A stretch of DNA of 64,000 nt from Trichoplax adhaerens. Its lineage: Eukaryota > Animalia > Placozoa. The DNA lies in contig NW_002060957.1 in the NCBI RefSeq assembly GCF_000150275.1, forward strand, positions 1,042,445 through 1,106,444, in the 5' to 3' direction. Under the pieces are notes generated by a model. That model saw only the letters and a list, made by a program, of their open reading frames with translations. It did no database searches and was not told the DNA's origin. This document shows, in pieces, positions 58,901-64,000 of the stretch. Position 1 is the stretch's first letter. Every line of letters starts with the position of its first letter. The position numbers were made by a program, and so were the translations under genes.

Positions 58901-61900
58901 GGATTTATTCCTTTACTAAAGAAATTTGTCAAGGAGGTTGGAATTTATTTGATCTGCCTCGTGAATGATCTATCACGATGGATTAATATCTACCACCTTA
59001 ATGCGTATTTTAATTATATTATCAACATCCTTTCTAGAGAGAACAAGGTTTGCTGTGTACCGAAAAGGATAAAAATGCTGTCGTGGCTGTAAGTAAAAAG
59101 CATCATTTTTAAGAGATAAATTAAAAATATCGAAGAGGGCTCACTTAACTTTTGATTTAACACATTACGCTATCTAACACGGAACAATCTTGTAACAATT
59201 GTATCCTTAGGCCCTAAATGACTTGAAAGAATTTCAATATGAGCAAGGCGAAGTTAACTTAATAAATCAAAAGTGTTTGCGAGATTACAAGGTATACATG
59301 GTATTGTTAGGACGAAAGTTACCGGTATATATTTGCAGTATTGATTTATTATGATATTCATAACCACCACGCAGATTGTTGATATTGCAATTCGGTTGAT
59401 GCGATTATGGGAACGACGATTTTCTCTTCCAGCAGATCAAAGAAAGTAATTGATTCTAATTTCGACATAAGTTTGGAGTTAGCCTCTCTTGTATCTGCTA
59501 GCTAGGCTAATAAATGCGATGATATCCATAACCATTTATGTCATGTTGGTAATATTAAATGATCTTTCGTAGATATTTGCAAGTAATCTGCGCAGAAACT
59601 TCTGACTTATTATTTTATTTCCTGGACAGCTATAAAGGATACCAGTAATGTTTCTAATAAAATAGCTTTCATACTATCTCATTACGAAAGTCTATTATTT
59701 TACTCCGATATAGAACGCTAAAACTCCATCTTTATATAATTTATATTTCAGTAAAAATAAGTTATATCTTGCAAGATATATTCCAACTATACAAAAACAG
59801 GTACAATCTATATTTCATAGTTGCTATGGTTAGAAATCTAAAATTGTATGCGGTATTCTTCTCATGTGATCACAGATTGGTCCAGAAATTCAGTGTGAAA
59901 AATTACTAATCGAATTGATGAAGGATAATAAGTAATAAAGCATGTAAGATTGTGGAAACTTCCATTCAATAGATACATTATGTTTTTTTCTAATTCCTTT
60001 CAGATGTATTCTGAATCAAATAACAACAAACCATATCGATAATCTAATCGATACATTACGTAATAGCAAGGTCAGATATGTTCATTANATAATAATCGAT
60101 TAAAAAAAACTATAGATGGTTTATAATAGTTCATTTTAGATAGCTTTTAAATATTTTAAATAATCGTAGCCATTATTAGTGAAAGTTTTCTAATTTAATA
60201 TAGAATATATTTAATATTTATTTTCTTTAGAACTATCTTTATCTTGACTTTTTGGCTGCTTTATGTGTTAGTGATGGCTGCTCTTTACCCAATAATCAAG
60301 GTTCATAGATGTAGCCATAAGCTTAATGATAAAGATTTATTTATTTCAAATGCTTTGAGATTGTTTATACCGATTTTATACCATTTTGTGGTATACGTAT
60401 TCCGAGGAATCGCTAAATTAATTTAATTGCATGCTAATACATTAAAACTATCTGAAAATACTTTAATTTATTGAGTAAAAACGAATTAAGTGAAATATAA
60501 CCATTTTTGACTATTTTCTTAAGAACAGGAGTACATGTTGTAGTAAGAATTAAAAATTTATCTTTCTAGAATATATTGCCAATGAATTATTCAAACATGA
60601 ATCAGCTATCTTACTATATCGTATCTACCTTGGAGAAGAAATATATTTAAAACACGGCGTCGTTTATATTGGTTATAAAGGAAGCAAAGAATGGAAGCCA
60701 ATTCAACAATTTCTTGTAAGATACTCTCCAAGTTAAGATATTTAAAGAAGTCTTGATCGATATGGATATTCGGTCAATAAATATATTCCTTCCGTTTACT
60801 AAACTAGCGAATAATAGTTGTTATATTCCTACCCTGTGCTAGGAATCACAAGCGAATGGCCAACTAAATAGTCGATACCTTTACCTTAAAAAGCAGCTGT
60901 ACCTTTTTTGCAAGCTTTGCTGGGTTAGTCAGAAGAAAATTGAACAGATTGTCGAGCTCATAAGTTAATTTGTTCAGACTCACTTGCTTAGCTTATACAT
61001 TAATATCGGAGTTTCAATTACACAATAGGGAAGAAATTGGCGGGTTTTTCGTATTTTGATTGATGTAAGTTTTCAAGAATTTGGGGAGGCATGATCGATA
61101 ACTAGATTGATAAGTATATTGGTATAGTTATCATATTATCCATGTATAACGTCATTCCTTAATAGACTTATTTTGAGCAAGAACCCTGAAAATGAGTATG
61201 GTATTACATAAAATTAAGACATTTTGTATATTATGCTTACTTTGCGAATATAGGAAAAGAAAATGTTTTCTCTATCTGCTGTTTGTGCTTGTGTACGCGA
61301 CTGCCGTTTACCTCCCAGTCTTCGAGCACAATTTTGTTATATAATCCGTGGTAATTTTTTCATATTTATTCTCATAATACTCAAAGTTACTTTGCTATTC
61401 CATTTGCACTTTGTTAATTGCTATTTGTCTAATGTTATTATACCTGAAATGACACGCTGGAAAAGATTCTTGATGAATACATTAATTGATAGATTTTGTA
61501 GCTTACAACTATTTCAAATATTATAAGAAATATGTAATGTAAACTAAAAATATTAAGTACTTCCGATATCAAATAATAAACTAATATAATTATAATTCAT
61601 TCATCTTGTATGTATATATTATTTGTATCGTTAATATGAACATATGTTGATATATAAAAATTACTATATTTCTCTTACAGATATCTATATGTCCGGTAGA
61701 ATCCGTTCTTCCATTGCAAGTTTATACAGCCTTTCCTTTGTTAGTTTTTAGCAGTAATAACGCTTCAAGTTGATATTACTATAGATTAATTTAAGAATCT
61801 AAAATACCCTCAGATTTGACCTTCAGTCTTGATACGACTTTAAAACTAAATACTGACAGTTATAATTTATGAGTAACTATTTACCCTTTGACAACAGAAC

Positions 61901-63913
61901 TACAACATCAGTGAAACAGATGATTTTCCGAATGATTTTGCAAAGGTACTCAGAAAAGATCATACCGAAACTTACTAGAAGAAAATGTTAACTTAAATAT
62001 TAGGCTACTGCTGATTTCCTATGACCCAGTTTCGATTTCTGAGCTATTTAATCAAAGATTCTATTTACTGCTTTGGTTTAGAATTTTACAGCGTGGGAAT
62101 TATTCCAAATCAATGACTTAAAATTGTGGTGCTTGACATTTCTATCCAAGAAAACGGTAAGCGTAATGGCTATCACAAAAATGTGTAGTTCGAAGAATGG
62201 TAATTGGTATTTAATCACAATCTACCCGAGCCATTTATTTTTTGGACCTGTTACTTGGATTTGCTGTTCTTACTGATTTTATTTGTTCTTTACTTTTGTT
62301 TATTATCTAGCATATGATTGCATCTCAAATTGATCTTAATAAATTTATAATTTCGGTAAGTATCGTCTGGTAATCATTGCACGAATCGCCTACAGAATTA
62401 AAATTGGTATTAAAATCCTTTTTAGATATTGAAATTAATCCATAGCTTTGTCGAAGAGGGGTTATATCAAGATATGGAAATAAAATCATTAATAAAATCC
62501 ATTTCATTCATAATTAATGGAAGCATGGATACGCCTTATCACACTATACCGATGAAAAGTATGCTATATAGGATTAAAAATGATTCTGATGATGACTTTA
62601 GACATAGTGGAATTAATAATACCTTACTATATGGTACCAGTCCTAGTAGGTCAGGCTTTAGAACTTTTGAATTTTTAATTATTTTAAATTCAGGTTATAC
62701 GATACTTCATAAAGAGAATTTTTTACATGTATCCAATTTTAATTAAGTATAATGTTTCGTTGTTATAGGCTATAAATTGGTAGAATTTCAAGCATATAGG
62801 AACAAAAGTAGATTTGAACGGAGTAAAGAAAATGGATTCATGGCCGAGGCAAAGCGCAGGTTAATAGTTTATTGTATAGACTTTGAATTCTGATATTTTT
62901 ACGCCTATTGTGTGCAATATTTTATTCTAATTTAATATTTGTTACTCCTTGTAGGGTTCTACGTACTTTAGAAATGATATTTAAAAGGCAATGCTATCAA
63001 TATGTAAAGGTGAATATATTAGAATGATGAATTATTCTTAAGTTTTTAAAGCTATAGAAAATTGGAATAACAACCAACACTTGAAATCTTATCTCTATTA
63101 TAGCGATTTATACAGGAATTTAGACATGTTGAAAGCGAAACTAGAAGTAAGAAAAGAAATTTCAGTAAGAAATTTAAAGGCAGCGATAAGTTTGTAAGTC
63201 ACCAGATTATTTAATAGCAGCATATTATTTGAAATGAAGGATAGAGCTGCTATCTATTTAGGAAAATATTTTTAAAATTGTGTTATATTGGATTATTTTC
63301 AATTAGGCTTTTTTAACAAAGATGATGCAAATTCACAATTCGGAGGCTGTTATCGCCTCTATTAGGTGTGTATATTACAGTATTGATGTTTCTTCAAATT
63401 GTTAGCATAAAATGGCTATAATGGTTCTTTTTTCACTTCTTTTATTTCTGCTAATGAATTAATCTTTAATGCTACAGATTAGATGATCAAGCTAAATTGT
63501 TCCTAGATGGTCTTCGTGACGAAACGACAAATTGGAACAAGTTTGATTCAGAGTTCCTGTTATTGGTATGACGGGCTGTGGACTAAAATATTCAGCTCTA
63601 TCATTTATATTTCTTTTATTTTGTAATAAGCTACTACATATTTTCATTACTATTATAATTCCCTAGATTTTAAATTGGAATAGCGCATTTTTCGAAGTAT
63701 CGTGTCACTATCATTAACATTTCTTTTACTTTGCTTTAAGCTACTACATGTTTTCATCACATTTATAATTTTAAATTGCTATACATTTTTTTAACTGATA
63801 ATTAGGACCTTACTAATTATAAATATGAGTGCATTAGTAATAATGCAATCGCAGTTTTAAGTGCCAGATATTCTATCTACCAAACATTATTTACCAAAAG
63901 CAAAGAAATCCAG
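52961..63913 (+). CDS. Divergent inositol 1,4,5-trisphosphate receptor-family Ca2+ channel, N-terminal part (suppressor, MIR, RIH); start exon not located, continues past the window
   Basis: Dozens of short exons translate to ITPR-like segments: FGDQIALYC, ALFQPLPPTRFKAQ, EAAVSEIEENRNESKNL..LVYGQVIQLFH, SLFKIVPRSKVKLNGDK, PGSVLQLFHHEVKGYLT, WQVE, FRLRHLPSRQYL, NQKCLRD, KNKLYLARYIPTIQKQIG, LDFLAALCVSDG, LYLFCKLCWGRN and LPPSLRAQFCYII. Confidence 0.88.
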
Positions 63914-64000
63914 GTAGGTTTAAGATTTTCAAATGCTTTGCTGTCATACATACGCTCATAAGAGGGCATCTTCAAAATAATTAATTTCATAACTAACTAT

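Overview
AT-rich, intron-dense eukaryotic (animal) genomic DNA. The compact genes with many introns of about 70-150 bp and the ectodomain-less LGR-type GPCR are consistent with a placozoan (Trichoplax-like) genome, which is inference only. From left to right the window holds: a 102-bp tandem repeat; a convergent two-gene ISL2EU/IS4EU (PIF-Harbinger-related) transposon-derived module (THAP-HTH-DDE transposase on +, SWIM + YqaJ/lambda-exonuclease gene on -); ATE1 (+); ALS2/alsin (-); a 227-bp tandem array; COA1 (+); NOP58 (-); a 181-bp higher-order array; a small micro-exon gene of unknown function (-); TRMT10A (+); a GPCR (-); and the 5' part of a divergent IP3-receptor-family channel (+) that runs off the end. 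Most notable observations: (1) the YqaJ gene is an intact spliced 553-codon ORF that has lost several nuclease active-site residues, and its partner transposase keeps the DDE triad but has a 1-nt frameshift and a THAP Cys->Ser change, suggesting a possibly domesticated pseudo-nuclease module; (2) the IP3R-like channel lacks several IP3-coordinating arginines; (3) dense TACAGTA/TACTGTA clusters mark housekeeping-gene 5' regions. Exon boundaries were read by eye and are approximate unless stated.
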